Assembly: GCF_009914755.1 (NCBI RefSeq)
Contig: NC_060940.1
DNA length: 64,000 nt
Source of the DNA: the human T2T-CHM13v2.0 reference genome, Homo sapiens
Strand: one strand, 5' to 3'
The notes under the pieces are model-generated. The model saw only the letters and a list, made by a program, of their open reading frames with translations. It had not been told where the DNA came from and made no database searches. This document shows positions 13,387-26,612 of the stretch, piece after piece. A program made the translations under genes and the position numbers. Numbering within the stretch: position 1 is the stretch's first letter; each line of letters begins with the position of its first letter.

Positions 13387-14745
13387 TTACACAGAGCAGA
13401 TTTGAGACACTCTTTTGGTGGAATTTGTAAGTGGAGAATTCAGCCGCTTTGAGGTCAACGGTAGAAAAGGAAATATCTTCGTATAAAAACTAGAAAGAAT
13501 GATTCTCAAAAACTGTTTTGTGATGTGTGCGTTCAACTCACAGAGTTTAACCTTTCTTTTCAAAGAGCAGTTAGGAAACACTCTGTTTGTAAAGTCTGCA
13601 AGTGGATATTCAGACCTCTTTGAAGCCTTCGTTGGAAACGGGATTTCTTCATATTATGCTAGACAGATGAATTCTCAGTAACTTCCTTGTGTTGTGTGTA
13701 TTCAACTCACAGAGTTGAACGATCCTTTACACAGAGCAGATTTGAAACACTGTTTTTCTGGAATTTGCAAGTGGAGATTTCAGCCGCTTTGAGGTCAATG
13801 GTAGAAAAGGAAATATCTTCGTATAAAAACTGGACAGAATGATTCTCAGAAACTCCTTTGTGATGTGTGCGTTCAACTCACAGAGTTTAACCTTTCTTTT
13901 CACAGAGCAGTTAGGAAACACTCTGTTTGTGAAGCCTGCCAGTGGATATTCGGACCTCTTTGAGGCCTTCGTTGGAAACGGGATTTCTTCATATTTTGCT
14001 AGACAGAAGATTTCTCAGTAACTTCTTTGTGTTGTGTGTATGCAACTCACAGAGTTCAACCTTCCTTTAGACAGAGCAGATTTGAAACACTCTTTTTGTG
14101 GAATTTGCAAGTGGAAATTTCAAGCGCATCGATGCCAATGGTAGAAAAGGAAATATCTTCGTATAAAAACAAGACAAACTCGTTCCCAGACACTGCGTAG
14201 TGATGTGTGTGTTTAACTCACAGAGTTTCACCTTTCTTTTCATACAGCATTCTGGAAACCCTCTGTTTGTAAAGTCTGCAAGTGGATATTTGGACCTCTT
14301 AGATGCCTTCGTTGGAAACGGGATTTCCTCATATAATGCTAGAGGGAAGAATTCTTAGTAACTTCTTTGTGTTGTGTGTATTCAACTGACAGAGTTGAAC
14401 CTTCCTTTAGACAGAGCAGATTTGAAAGTCTCTTTTTGTGGAATTTGCAAGTGGAGATTTCAAGCGCTTTGAGGCCAAAAGCAGAAAAGGAAATATTTTC
14501 CTATAAAAACTAGACAGAATCTTTCTCAGAAACTGCTCTGGGATGTGTGCGTTCAACTCACAGAGTTTAACTTTTCTTTTCATTCAGCAGTTTGGAAACA
14601 CTCTGTTTGGAAAGTCTGCAAGTGGATATCTTGGCCTCTTAGAGGCCTTCGTTGGAAACGGGTTTCTTCATTTAAGGTTAGACAGAGGAATTCCCAGTAA
14701 CTTCCTTGTGTTGTGTGCATTCAACTCACAGAGTTGAATGATTCT
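13387..14745 (+). repeat. 8-mer structural-variant HOR type B (1359 bp)
   Basis: D4 second monomer (ctgtttggaaagtctgca) continues as D5 (agtggatatcttggcc) at ~14611-14630, so one dimer is missing. Confidence 0.92.
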
Positions 14746-17700
14746 TTACACAGAGCAGATTTGAGACACTCTTTGGGTGGAATTTGTAAGTGGAGAATTC
14801 AGCCGCTTTGAGGTCAACGGTAGAAAAGGAAATATCTTCGTATAAAAACTAGACAGAATGATTCTCAGAAACTGTTTTTTGATGTGTGCGTTCAACTCAC
14901 AGAGTTTAACCTTTCTTTTCAAAGAGCAGTTAGGAAACACTCTGTAAAGTCTGCAAGTGGATATTCAGACCTCTTTGAGGCCTTCGTTGGAAACGGGATT
15001 TCTTCATATTATGCTAGACAGATGAATTCTCAGTAACTTCCTTGTGTTGTGTGTATTCAACTCACAGAGTTGAACGATCCTTTACACAGAGCAGATTTGA
15101 AACACTGTTTTTCTGGAATTTGCAAGTGGAGATTTCAGCCGCTTTGAGGTCAATGGTAGAAAAGGAAATATCTTCGTATAAAAACTAGACAGAATGATTC
15201 TCAGAAACTCCTTTGTGATGTGTGCGTTCAACTCACAGAGTTTAACCTTTCTTTTCACAGAGCAGTTAGGAAACACTCTGTTTGTGAAGCCTGCCAGTGG
15301 ATATTCGGACCTCTTTCAGGCCTTCGTTGGAAACGGGATTTCTTCATATTATGCTAGACAGAAGATTTCTCAGTAACTTCTTTGTGTTGTGTGTATGCAA
15401 CTCACAGAGTTCAACCTTCCTTTAGACAGAGCAGATTTGAAACACTCTTTTTGTGGAATTTGCAAGTGGAGATTTCAAGCGCTTCGATGCCAATGGTAGA
15501 AAAGGAAATATCTTCGTATAAAAACAAGACAAACTCGTTCCCAGACACTGCGTAGTGATGTGTGTGTTTAACTCACAGAGTTTCACCTTTCTTTTCATAC
15601 AGCATTCTGGAAACCCTCTGTTTGTAAAGTCTGCAAGTCGATATTTGGACCTCTTAGATGCCTTCGTTGGAAACGGGATTTCTTCATATAATGCTAGAGG
15701 GAAGAATTCTTAGTAACTTCTTTGTGTTGTGTGTATTCAACTGACAGAGTTGAACCTTCCTTTAGACAGAGCAGATTTGAAAGTCTCTTTTTGTGGAATT
15801 TGCAAGTGGAGATTTCAAGCGCTTTGAGGCCAAAAGCAGAAAAGGAAATATTTTCCTATAAAACCTCGACAGAATCTTTCTCAGAAACTGCTCTGGGATG
15901 TGTGCGTTCAACTCACAGAGTTTAACTTTTCTTTTCATTCAGCAGTTTGGAAACACTCTGTTTGGAAAGTCTGCACGTGGATATTTTGACCTCTTTGAGG
16001 CCTTCGTTGGAAACGGGTTTTTTTCATGTAAGGCTAGACAGAAGAAATCTCAGTAACTTCCTTGTGTTGTGTGTATTCAACTGACAGAGTTGAACCTTCC
16101 TTTAGACAGAGCAGATTCGAAACACTCTTTTTCTGCAATTTGCAAGTGGAGACTTCAAGCGCTTTGAGGCCAAAGGCAGAAAAGGAAATATCTTCGTATA
16201 AAAACCCGACAGAATCATTCTCAGAAACTGCTCTGTGATGTGTGCGTTCAACTCACAGAGTTTAACTTTTCTTTTCATTCAGCAGTTTGGAAACACTCTG
16301 TTTGTAAAGTCTGCAAGTGGATATCTTGGCCTCTTAGAGGCCTTCGTTGGAAACGGGTTTTTTCATGTAAGGATAGACAGAGGAATTCCCAGTAACTTCC
16401 TTGTGTTGTGTGCATTCAACTCACAGAGTTGAACGATTCTTTACACAGAGCAGATTTGAGACACTCTTTTGGTGGAATTTGTAAGTGGAGAATTCAGCCG
16501 CTTTGAGGTCAACGGTAGAAAAGGAAATATCTTCGTATAAAAACTAGACAGAATGATTCTCAGAAACTGTTTTGTGATGTGTGCGTTCAACTCACAGAGT
16601 TTAACCTTTCTTTTCAGAGAGCAGTTAGGAAACACTCTGTAAAGTCTGCAAGTGGATATTCAGACCTCTTTGAGGCCTTCGTTGGAAACGGGATTTCTTC
16701 ATATTATGCTAGACAGATGAATTCTCAGTAACTTCCTTGTGTTGTGTGTATTCAACTCACAGAGTTGAACGATCCTTTACACAGAGCAGATTTGAAACAC
16801 TGTTTTTCTGGAATTTGCAAGTGGAGATTTCAGCCGCTTTGAGGTCAATTGTAGAAAAGGAAATATCTTCGTATAAAAACTAGACAGAATGATTCTCAGA
16901 AACTCCTTTGTGATGTGTGCGTTCAACTCACAGAGTTTAACCTTTCTTTTCACAGAGCAGTTAGGAAACACTCTGTTTGTGAAGCCTGCCAGTGGATATT
17001 CGGACCTCTTTCAGGCCTTCGTTGGAAACGGGATTTCTTCATATTATGCTAGACAGAAGATTTCTCAGTAACTTCTTTGTGTTGTGTGTATGCAACTCAC
17101 AGAGTTCAACCTTCCTTTAGACAGAGCAGATTTGAAACACTCTTTTTGTGGAATTTGCAAGTGGAGATTTCAAGCGCTTCGATGCCAATGGTAGAAAAGG
17201 AAATATCTTCGTATAAAAACAAGACAAACTCGTTCCCAGACACTGCGTAGTGATGTGTGTGTTTAACTCACAGAGTTTAACCTTTCTTTTCATACAGCAT
17301 TCTGGAAACCCTCTGTTTGTAAAGTCTGCAAGTCGATATTTGGACCTCTTAGATGCCTTCGTTGGAAACGGGATTTCTTCATATAATGCTAGAGGGAAGA
17401 ATTCTTAGTAACTTCTTTGTGTTGTGTGTATTCAACTGACAGAGTTGAACCTTCCTTTAGACAGAGCAGATTTGAAAGTCTCTTTTTGTGGAATTTGCAA
17501 GTGGAGATTTCAAGCGCTTTGAGGCCAAAAGCAGAAAAGGAAATATTTTCCTATAAAACCTCGACAGAATCTTTCTCAGAAACTGCTCTGGGATGTGTGC
17601 GTTCAACTCACAGAGTTTAACTTTTCTTTTCATTCAGCGTTTGGAAACACTCTGTTTGGAAAGTCTGCACGTGGATATTTTGACCTCTTTGAGGCCTTCG

Positions 17701-20700
17701 TTGGAAACGGGTTTTTTTCATGTAAGGCTAGACAGAAGAAATCTCAGTAACTTCCTTGTGTTGTGTGTATTCAACTGACAGAGTTGAACCTTCCTTTAGA
17801 CAGAGCAGATTCGAAACACTCTTTTTCTGCAATTTGCAAGTGGAGACTTCAAGCGCTTTGAGGCCAAAGGCAGAAAAGGAAATATCTTCGTATAAAAACC
17901 CGACAGAATCATTCTCAGAAACTGCTCTGTGATGTGTGCGTTCAACTCACAGAGTTTAACTTTTCTTTTCATTCAGCAGTTTGGAAACACTCTGTTTGTA
18001 AAGTCTGCAAGTGGATATCTTGGCCTCTTAGAGGCCTTCGTTGGAAACGGGTTTTTTCATGTAAGGATAGACAGAGGAATTCCCAGTAACTTCCTTGTGT
18101 TGTGTGCATTCAACTCACAGAGTTGAACGATTCTTTACACAGAGCAGATTTGAGACACTCTTTTGGTGGAATTTGTAAGTGGAGAATTCAGCCGCTTTGA
18201 GGTCAACGGTAGAAAAGGAAATATCTTCGTATAAAAACTAGACAGAATGATTCTCAGAAACTGTTTTGTGATGTGTGCGTTCAACTCACAGAGTTTAACC
18301 TTTCTTTTCAGAGAGCAGTTAGGAAACACTCTGTAAAGGCTGCAAGTGGATATTCAGACCTCTTTGAGGCCTTCGTTGGAAACGGGATTTCTTCATATTA
18401 TGCTAGACAGATGAATTCTCAGTAACTTCCTTGTGTTGTGTGTATTCAACTCACAGAGTTGAACGATCCTTTACACAGAGCAGATTTGAAACACTGTTTT
18501 TCTGGAATTTGCAAGTGGAGATTTCAGCCGCTTTGAGGTCAATGGTAGAAAAGGAAATATCTTCGTATAAAAACTAGACAGAATGATTCTCAGAAACTCC
18601 TTTGTGATGTGTGCGTTCAACTCACAGAGTTTAACCTTTCTTTTCACAGAGCAGTTAGGAAACACTCTGTTTGTGAAGCCTGCCAGTGGATATTCGGACC
18701 TCTTTCAGGCCTTCGTTGGAAACGGGATTTCTTCATATTATGCTAGACAGAAGATTTCTCAGTAACTTCTTTGTGTTGTGTGTATGCAAATCACAGAGTT
18801 CAACCTTCCTTTAGACAGAGCAGATTTGAAACACTCTTTTTGTGGAATTTGCAAGTGGAGATTTCAAGCGCTTCGATGCCAATGGTAGAAAAGGAAATAT
18901 CTTCGTATAAAAACAAGACAAACTCGTTCCCAGACACTGCGTAGTGATGTGTGTGTTTAACTCACAGAGTTTCACCTTTCTTTTCATACAGCATTCTGGA
19001 AACCCTCTGTTTGTAAAGTCTGCAAGTCGATATTTGGACCTCTTAGATGCCTTCGTTGGAAACGGGATTTCTTCATATAATGCTAGAGGGAAGAATTCTT
19101 AGTAACTTCTTTGTGTTGTGTGTATTCAACTGACAGAGTTGAACCTTCCTTTAGACAGAGCAGATTTGAAAGTCTCTTTTTGTGGAATTTGCAAGTGGAG
19201 ATTTCAAGCGCTTTGAGGCCAAAAGCAGAAAAGGAAATATTTTCCTATAAAACCTCGACAGAATCTTTCTCAGAAACTGCTCTGGGATGTGTGCGTTCAA
19301 CTCACAGAGTTTAACTTTTCTTTTCATTCAGCAGTTTGGAAACACTCTGTTTGGAAAGTCTGCACGTGGATATTTTGACCTCTTTGAGGCCTTCGTTGGA
19401 AACGGGTTTTTTTCATGTAAGGCTAGACAGAAGAAATCTCAGTAACTTCCTTGTGTTGTGTGTATTCAACTGACAGAGTTGAACCTTCCTTTAGACAGAG
19501 CAGATTCGAAACACTCTTTTTCTGCAATTTGCAAGTGGAGACTTCAAGCGCTTTGAGGCCAAAGGCAGAAAAGGAAATATCTTCGTATAAAAACCCGACA
19601 GAATCATTCTCAGAAACTGCTCTGTGATGTGTGCGTTCAACTCACAGAGTTTAACTTTTCTTTTCATTCAGCAGTTTGGAAACACTCTGTTTGTAAAGTC
19701 TGCAAGTGGATATCTTGGCCTCTTAGAGGCCTTCGTTGGAAACGGGTTTTTTCATGTAAGGATAGACAGAGGAATTCCCAGTAACTTCCTTGTGTTGTGT
19801 GCATTCAACTCACAGAGTTGAACGATTCTTTACACAGAGCAGATTTGAGACACTCTTTTGGTGGAATTTGTAAGTGGAGAATTCAGCCGCTTTGAGGTCA
19901 ACGGTAGAAAAGGAAATATCTTCGTATAAAAACTAGACAGAATGATTCTCAGAAACTGTTTTGTGATGTGTGCGTTCAACTCACAGAGTTTAACCTTTCT
20001 TTTCAGAGAGCAGTTAGGAAACACTCTGTAAAGTCTGCAAGTGGATATTCAGACCTCTTTGAGGCCTTCGTTGGAAACGGGATTTCTTCATATTATGCTA
20101 GACAGATGAATTCTCAGTAACTTCCTTGTGTTGTGTGTATTCAACTCACAGAGTTGAACGATCCTTTACACAGAGCAGATTTGAAACACTGTTTTTCTGG
20201 AATTTGCAAGTGGAGATTTCAGCCGCTTTGAGGTCAATTGTAGAAAAGGAAATATCTTCGTATAAAAACTAGACAGAATGATTCTCAGAAACTCCTTTGT
20301 GATGTGTGCGTTCAACTCACAGAGTTTAACCTTTCTTTTCACAGAGCAGTTAGGAAACACTCTGTTTGTGAAGCCTGCCAGTGGATATTCGGACCTCTTT
20401 CAGGCCTTCGTTGGAAACGGGATTTCTTCATATTATGCTAGACAGAAGATTTCTCAGTAACTTCTTTGTGTTGTGTGTATGCAACTCACAGAGTTCAACC
20501 TTCCTTTAGACAGAGCAGATTTGAAACACTCTTTTTGTGGAATTTGCAAGTGGAGATTTCAAGCGCTTCGATGCCAATGGTAGAAAAGGAAATATCTTCG
20601 TATAAAAACAAGACAAACTCGTTCCCAGACACTGCGTAGTGATGTGTGTGTTTAACTCACAGAGTTTAACCTTTCTTTTCATACAGCATTCTGGAAACCC

Positions 20701-23700
20701 TCTGTTTGTAAAGTCTGCAAGTCGATATTTGGACCTCTTAGATGCCTTCGTTGGAAACGGGATTTCTTCATATAATGCTAGAGGGAAGAATTCTTAGTAA
20801 CTTCTTTGTGTTGTGTGTATTCAACTGACAGAGTTGAACCTTCCTTTAGACAGAGCAGATTTGAAAGTCTCTTTTTGTGGAATTTGCAAGTGGAGATTTC
20901 AAGCGCTTTGAGGCCAAAAGCAGAAAAGGAAATATTTTCCTATAAAACCTCGACAGAATCTTTCTCAGAAACTGCTCTGGGATGTGTGCGTTCAACTCAC
21001 AGAGTTTAACTTTTCTTTTCATTCAGCGTTTGGAAACACTCTGTTTGGAAAGTCTGCCTTGGATATTTTGACCTCTTTGAGGCCTTCGTTGGAAACGGGT
21101 TTTTTTCATGTAAGGCTAGACAGAAGAAATCTCAGTAACTTCCTTGTGTTGTGTGTATTCAACTGACAGAGTTGAACCTTCCTTTAGACAGAGCAGATTC
21201 GAAACACTCTTTTTCTGCAATTTGCAAGTGGAGACTTCAAGCGCTTTGAGGCCAAAGGCAGAAAAGGAAATATCTTCGTATAAGAACCCGACAGAATCAT
21301 TCTCAGAAACTGCTCTGTGATGTGTGCGTTCAACTCACAGAGTTTAACTTTTCTTTTCATTCAGCAGTTTGGAAACACTCTGTTTGTAAAGTCTGCAAGT
21401 GGATATCTTGGCCTCTTAGAGGCCTTCGTTGGAAACGGGTTTTTTCATGTAAGGATAGACAGAGGAATTCCCAGTAACTTCCTTGTGTTGTGTGCATTCA
21501 ACTCACAGAGTTGAATGATTCTTTACACAGAGCAGATTTGAGACACTCTTTTGGTGGAATTTGTAAGTGGAGAATTCAGCCGCTTTGAGGTCAACGGTAG
21601 AAAAGGAAATATCTTCCTATAAAAACTAGACAGAATGATTCTCAGAAACTGTTTTGTGATGTGTGCGTTCAACTCACAGAGTTTAACCTTTCTTTTCAGA
21701 GAGCAGTTAGGAAACACTCTGTAAAGTCTGCAAGTGGATATTCAGACCTCTTTGAGGCCTTCGTTGGAAACGGGATTTCTTCATATTATGCTAGACAGAT
21801 GAATTCTCAGTAACTTCCTTGTGTTGTGTGTATTCAACTCACAGAGTTGAACGATCCTTTACACAGAGCAGATTTGAAACACTGTTTTTCTGGAATTTGC
21901 AAGTGGAGATTTCAGCCGCTTTGAGGTCAATGGTAGAAAAGGAAATATCTTCGTATAAAAACTAGACAGAATGATTCTCAGAAACTCCTTTGTGATGTGT
22001 GCGTTCAACTCACAGAGTTTAACCTTTCTTTTCACAGAGCAGTTAGGAAACACTCTGTTTGTGAAGCCTGCCAGTGGATATTCGGACCTCTTTCAGGCCT
22101 TCGTTGGAAACGGGATTTCTTCATATTATGCTAGACAGAAGATTTCTCAGTAACTTCTTTGTGTTGTGTGTATGCAACTCACAGAGTTCAACCTTCCTTT
22201 AGACAGAGCAGATTTGAAACACTCTTTTTGTGGAATTTGCAAGTGGAGATTTCAAGCGCTTCGATGCCAATGGTAGAAAAGGAAATATCTTCGTATAAAA
22301 ACAAGACAAACTCGTTCCCAGACACTGCGTAGTGATGTGTGTGTTTAACTCACAGAGTTTAACCTTTCTTTTCATACAGCATTCTGGAAACCCTCTGTTT
22401 GTAAAGTCTGCAAGTCGATATTTGGACCTCTTAGATGCCTTCGTTGGAAACGGGATTTCTTCATATAATGCTAGAGGGAAGAATTCTTAGTAACTTCTTT
22501 GTGTTGTGTGTATTCAACTGACAGAGTTGAACCTTCCTTTAGACAGAGCAGATTTGAAAGTCTCTTTTTGTGGAATTTGCAAGTGGAGATTTCAAGCGCT
22601 TTGAGGCCAAAAGCAGAAAAGGAAATATTTTCCTATAAAACCTCGACAGAATCTTTCTCAGAAACTGCTCTGGGATGTGTGCGCTCAACTCACAGAGTTT
22701 AACTTTTCTTTTCATTCAGCAGTTTGGAAACACTCTGTTTGGAAAGTCTGCACGTGGATATTTTGACCTCTTTGAGGCCTTCGTTGGAAACGGGTTTTTT
22801 TCATGTAAGGCTAGACAGAAGAAATCTCAGTAACTTCCTTGTGTTGTGTGTATTCAACTGACAGAGTTGAACCTTCCTTTAGACAGAGCAGATTCGAAAC
22901 ACTCTTTTTCTGCAATTTGCAAGTGGAGACTTCAAGCGCTTTGAGGCCAAAGGCAGAAAAGGAAATATCTTCGTATAAAAACCCGACAGAATCATTCTCA
23001 GAAACTGCTCTGTGATGTGTGCGTTCAACTCACAGAGTTTAACTTTTCTTTTCATTCAGCAGTTTGGAAACACTCTGTTTGTAAAGTCTGCAAGTGGATA
23101 TCTTGGCCTCTTAGAGGCCTTCGTTGGAAACGGGTTTTTTCATGTAAGGTTAGACAGAGGAATTCCCAGTAACTTCCTTGTGTTGTGTGCATTCAACTCA
23201 CAGAGTTGAATGATTCTTTACACAGAGCAGATTTGAGACACTCTTTTGGTGGAATTTGTTAGTGGAGAATTCAGCCGCTTTGAGGTCAACGGTAGAAAAG
23301 GAAATATCTTCGTATAAAAACTAGACAGAATGATTCTCAGAAACTTTTTTGTGATGTGTGCGTTCAACTCACAGAGTTTAACCTTTCTTTTCAAAGAGCA
23401 GTTAGGAAACACTCTGTTTGTAAAGTCTGCAAGTGGATATTCAGACCTCTTTGAGGCCTTCGTTGGAAACGGGATTTCTTCATATTATGCTAGACAGATG
23501 AATTCTCAGTAACTTCCTTGTGTTGTGTGTATTCAACTCACAGAGTTGAACGATCCTTTACACAGAGCAGATTTGAAACACTGTTTTTCTGGAATTTGCA
23601 AGTGGAGATTTCAGCCGCTTTGAGGTCAATTGTAGAAAAAGAAATATCTTCGTATAAAAACTAGACAGAATGATTCTCAGAAACTCCTTTGTGATGTGTG

Positions 23701-26612
23701 CGTTCAACTCACAGAGTTTAACCTTTCTTTTCACAGAGCAGTTAGGAAACACTCTGTTTGTGAAGCCTGCCAGTGGATATTCGGACCTCTTTGAGGCCTT
23801 CGTTGGAAACGGGATTTCTTCATATTATGCTAGACAGAAGATTTCTCAGTAACTTCTTTGTGTTGTGTGTATACAACTCACAGAGTTCAACCTTCCTTTA
23901 GACAGAGCAGATTTGAAACACTCTTTTTCTGGAATTTGCAAGTGGAGATTTCAAGCGCTTCGATGCCAATGGTAGAAAAGGAAATATCTTCGTATAAAAA
24001 CAAGACAATCTCGTTCCCAGACACTGCGTAGTGATGTGTGTGTTTAACTCACAGAGTTTCACCTTTCTTTTCATACAGCATTCTGGAAACCCTCTGTTTG
24101 TAAAGTCTGCAAGTGGATATTTGGACCTCTTAGATGCCTTCGTTGGAAACGGGATTTCTTCATATAATGCTAGAGGGAAGAATTCTTAGTAACTTCTTTG
24201 TGTTGTGTGTATTCAACTGACAGAGTTGAACCTTCCTTTAGACAGAGCAGATTTGAAAGTCTCTTTTTGTGGAATTTGCAAGTGGAGATTTCAAGCGCTT
24301 TGAGGCCAAAAGCAGAAAAGGAAATATTTTCCTATAAAAACTAGACAGAATCATTCTCAGAAACTGCTCTGTGATGTGTGTGTTCAACTCACAGAGTTTA
24401 ACTTTCTTTTCATTCAGCAGTTTGGAAACACTCTGTTTGGAAAGTCTGCACGTGGATATTTTGACCTCTTTGAGGCCTTCGTTGGAAACGGGTTTTTTTC
24501 ATGTAAGGCTAGACAGAAGAAATCTCAGTAACTTCCTTGTGTTGTGTGTATTCAACTGACAGAGTTGAACCTTCCTTTAGACAGAGCAGATTCGAAACAC
24601 TCTTTTTCTGCAATTTGCAAGTGGAGACTTCAAGCGCTTTGAGGCCAAAGGCAGAAAAGGAAATATCTTCGTATAAAAACCCGACAGAATCATTCTCAGA
24701 AACTGCTCTGTGATGTGTGCGTTCAACTCACAGAATTTAACTTTTCTTTTCATTCAGCAGTTTGGAAACACTCTGTTTGTAAAGTCTGCAAGTGGATATC
24801 TTGGCCTCTTAGAGGCCTTCGTTGGAAACGGGTTTTTTCATGTAAGGTTAGACAGAGGAATTCCCAGTAACTTCCTTGTGTTGTGTGCATTCAACTCACA
24901 GAGTTGAATGATTCTTTACACAGAGCAGATTTGAGACACTCTTTTGGTGGAATTTGTTAGTGGAGAATTCAGCCGCTTTGAGGTCAACGGTAGAAAAGGA
25001 AATATCTTCGTATAAAAACTAGACAGAATGATTCTCAGAAACTGTTTTGTGATGTGTGCGTTCAACTCACAGAGTTTAACCTTTCTTTTCAAAGAGCAGT
25101 TAGGAAACACTCTGTTTGTAAAGTCTGCAAGTGGATATTCAGACCTCTTTGAGGCCTTCGTTGGAAACGGGATTTCTTCATATTATGCTAGACAGATGAA
25201 TTCTCAGTAACTTCCTTGTGTTGTGTGTATTCAACTCACAGAGTTGAACGATCCTTTACACAGAGCAGATTTGAAACACTGTTTTTCTGGAATTTGCAAG
25301 TGGAGATTTCAGCCGCTTTGAGGTCAATGGTAGAAAAAGAAATATCTTCGTATAAAAACTAGACAGAATGATTCTCAGAAACTCCTTTGTGATGTGTGCG
25401 TTCAACTCACAGAGTTTAACCTTTCTTTTCACAGAGCAGTTAGGAAACACTCTGTTTGTGAAGCCTGCCAGTGGATATTCGGACCTCTTTGAGGCCTTCG
25501 TTGGAAACGGGATTTCTTCATATTATGCTAGACAGAAGATTTCTCAGTAACTTCTTTGTGTTGTGTGTATGCAACTCACAGAGTTCAACCTTCCTTTAGA
25601 CAGAGCAGATTTGAAACACTCTTTTTGTGGAATTTGCAAGTGGAGATTTCAAGCGCTTCGATGCCAATGGTAGAAAAGGAAATATCTTCGTAGAAAAACA
25701 AGACAAACTCGTTCCCAGACACTGCGTAGTGATGTGTGTGTTTAACTCACAGAGTTTAACCTTTCTTTTCATACAGCATTCTGGAAACCCTCTGTTTGTA
25801 AAGTCTGCAAGTGGATATTTGGACCTCTTAGATGCCTTCGTTGCAAACGGGATTTCTTCATATAATGCTAGAGGGAAGAATTCTTAGTAACTTCTTTGTG
25901 TTGTGTGTATTCAACTGACAGAGTTGAACCTTCCTTTAGACAGAGCAGATTTGAAAGTCTCTTTTTGTGGAATTTGCAAGTGGAGATTTCAAGCGCTTTG
26001 AGGCCAAAAGCAGAAAAGGAAATATTTTCCTATAAAAACTAGACAGAATCATTCTCAGAAACTGCTCTGTGATGTGTGCGTTCAACTCACAGAGTTTAAC
26101 TTTTCTTTTCATTCAGCAGTTTGGAAAAACTTTGTTTGTAAAGTCTGTCTTGGATATTTTGACCTCTTTGAGGCCTTCGTTGGAAACGGGTTTTTTTCAT
26201 GTAAGGCTAGACAGAGGAAATCTCAGTAACTTCCTTGTCGTGTGTATTCAACTGACAAGGTTGAACCTTCCTTTAGACAGAGCAGATTCGAAACACTCTT
26301 TTTCTGCAATTTGCAAGTGGAGACTTCAAGCGCTTTGAGGCCAAAGGCAGAAAAGGAAATATCTTCGTATAAAAACCCGACAGAATCATTCTCAGAAACT
26401 GCTCTGTGATGTGTGCGTTCAACACACAGAGTTTAACTTTTCTTTTCATTCAGCAGTTTGGAAACACTCTGTTTGTAAAGTCTGCAAGTGGATATATTGG
26501 CCTCTTAGAGGCCTTCGTTGGAAACGGGTTTTTTTCATGTAAGGTTAGACAGAGGAATTCCCAGTAACTTCCTTGTGTTGTGTGCATTCAACTCACAGAG
26601 TTGAATGATTCT

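Larger units (their letters stand above)
8637..23217 (+). repeat. Copy 1 of a ~14.58 kb tandem duplication (9 HOR units, 86 monomers)
   Basis: The unit-length series 1698,1697,1355,1359,1695,1694,1695,1693,1695 is repeated directly downstream. Private variants recur at +14581/+14582. Edges are approximate. Confidence 0.9.
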
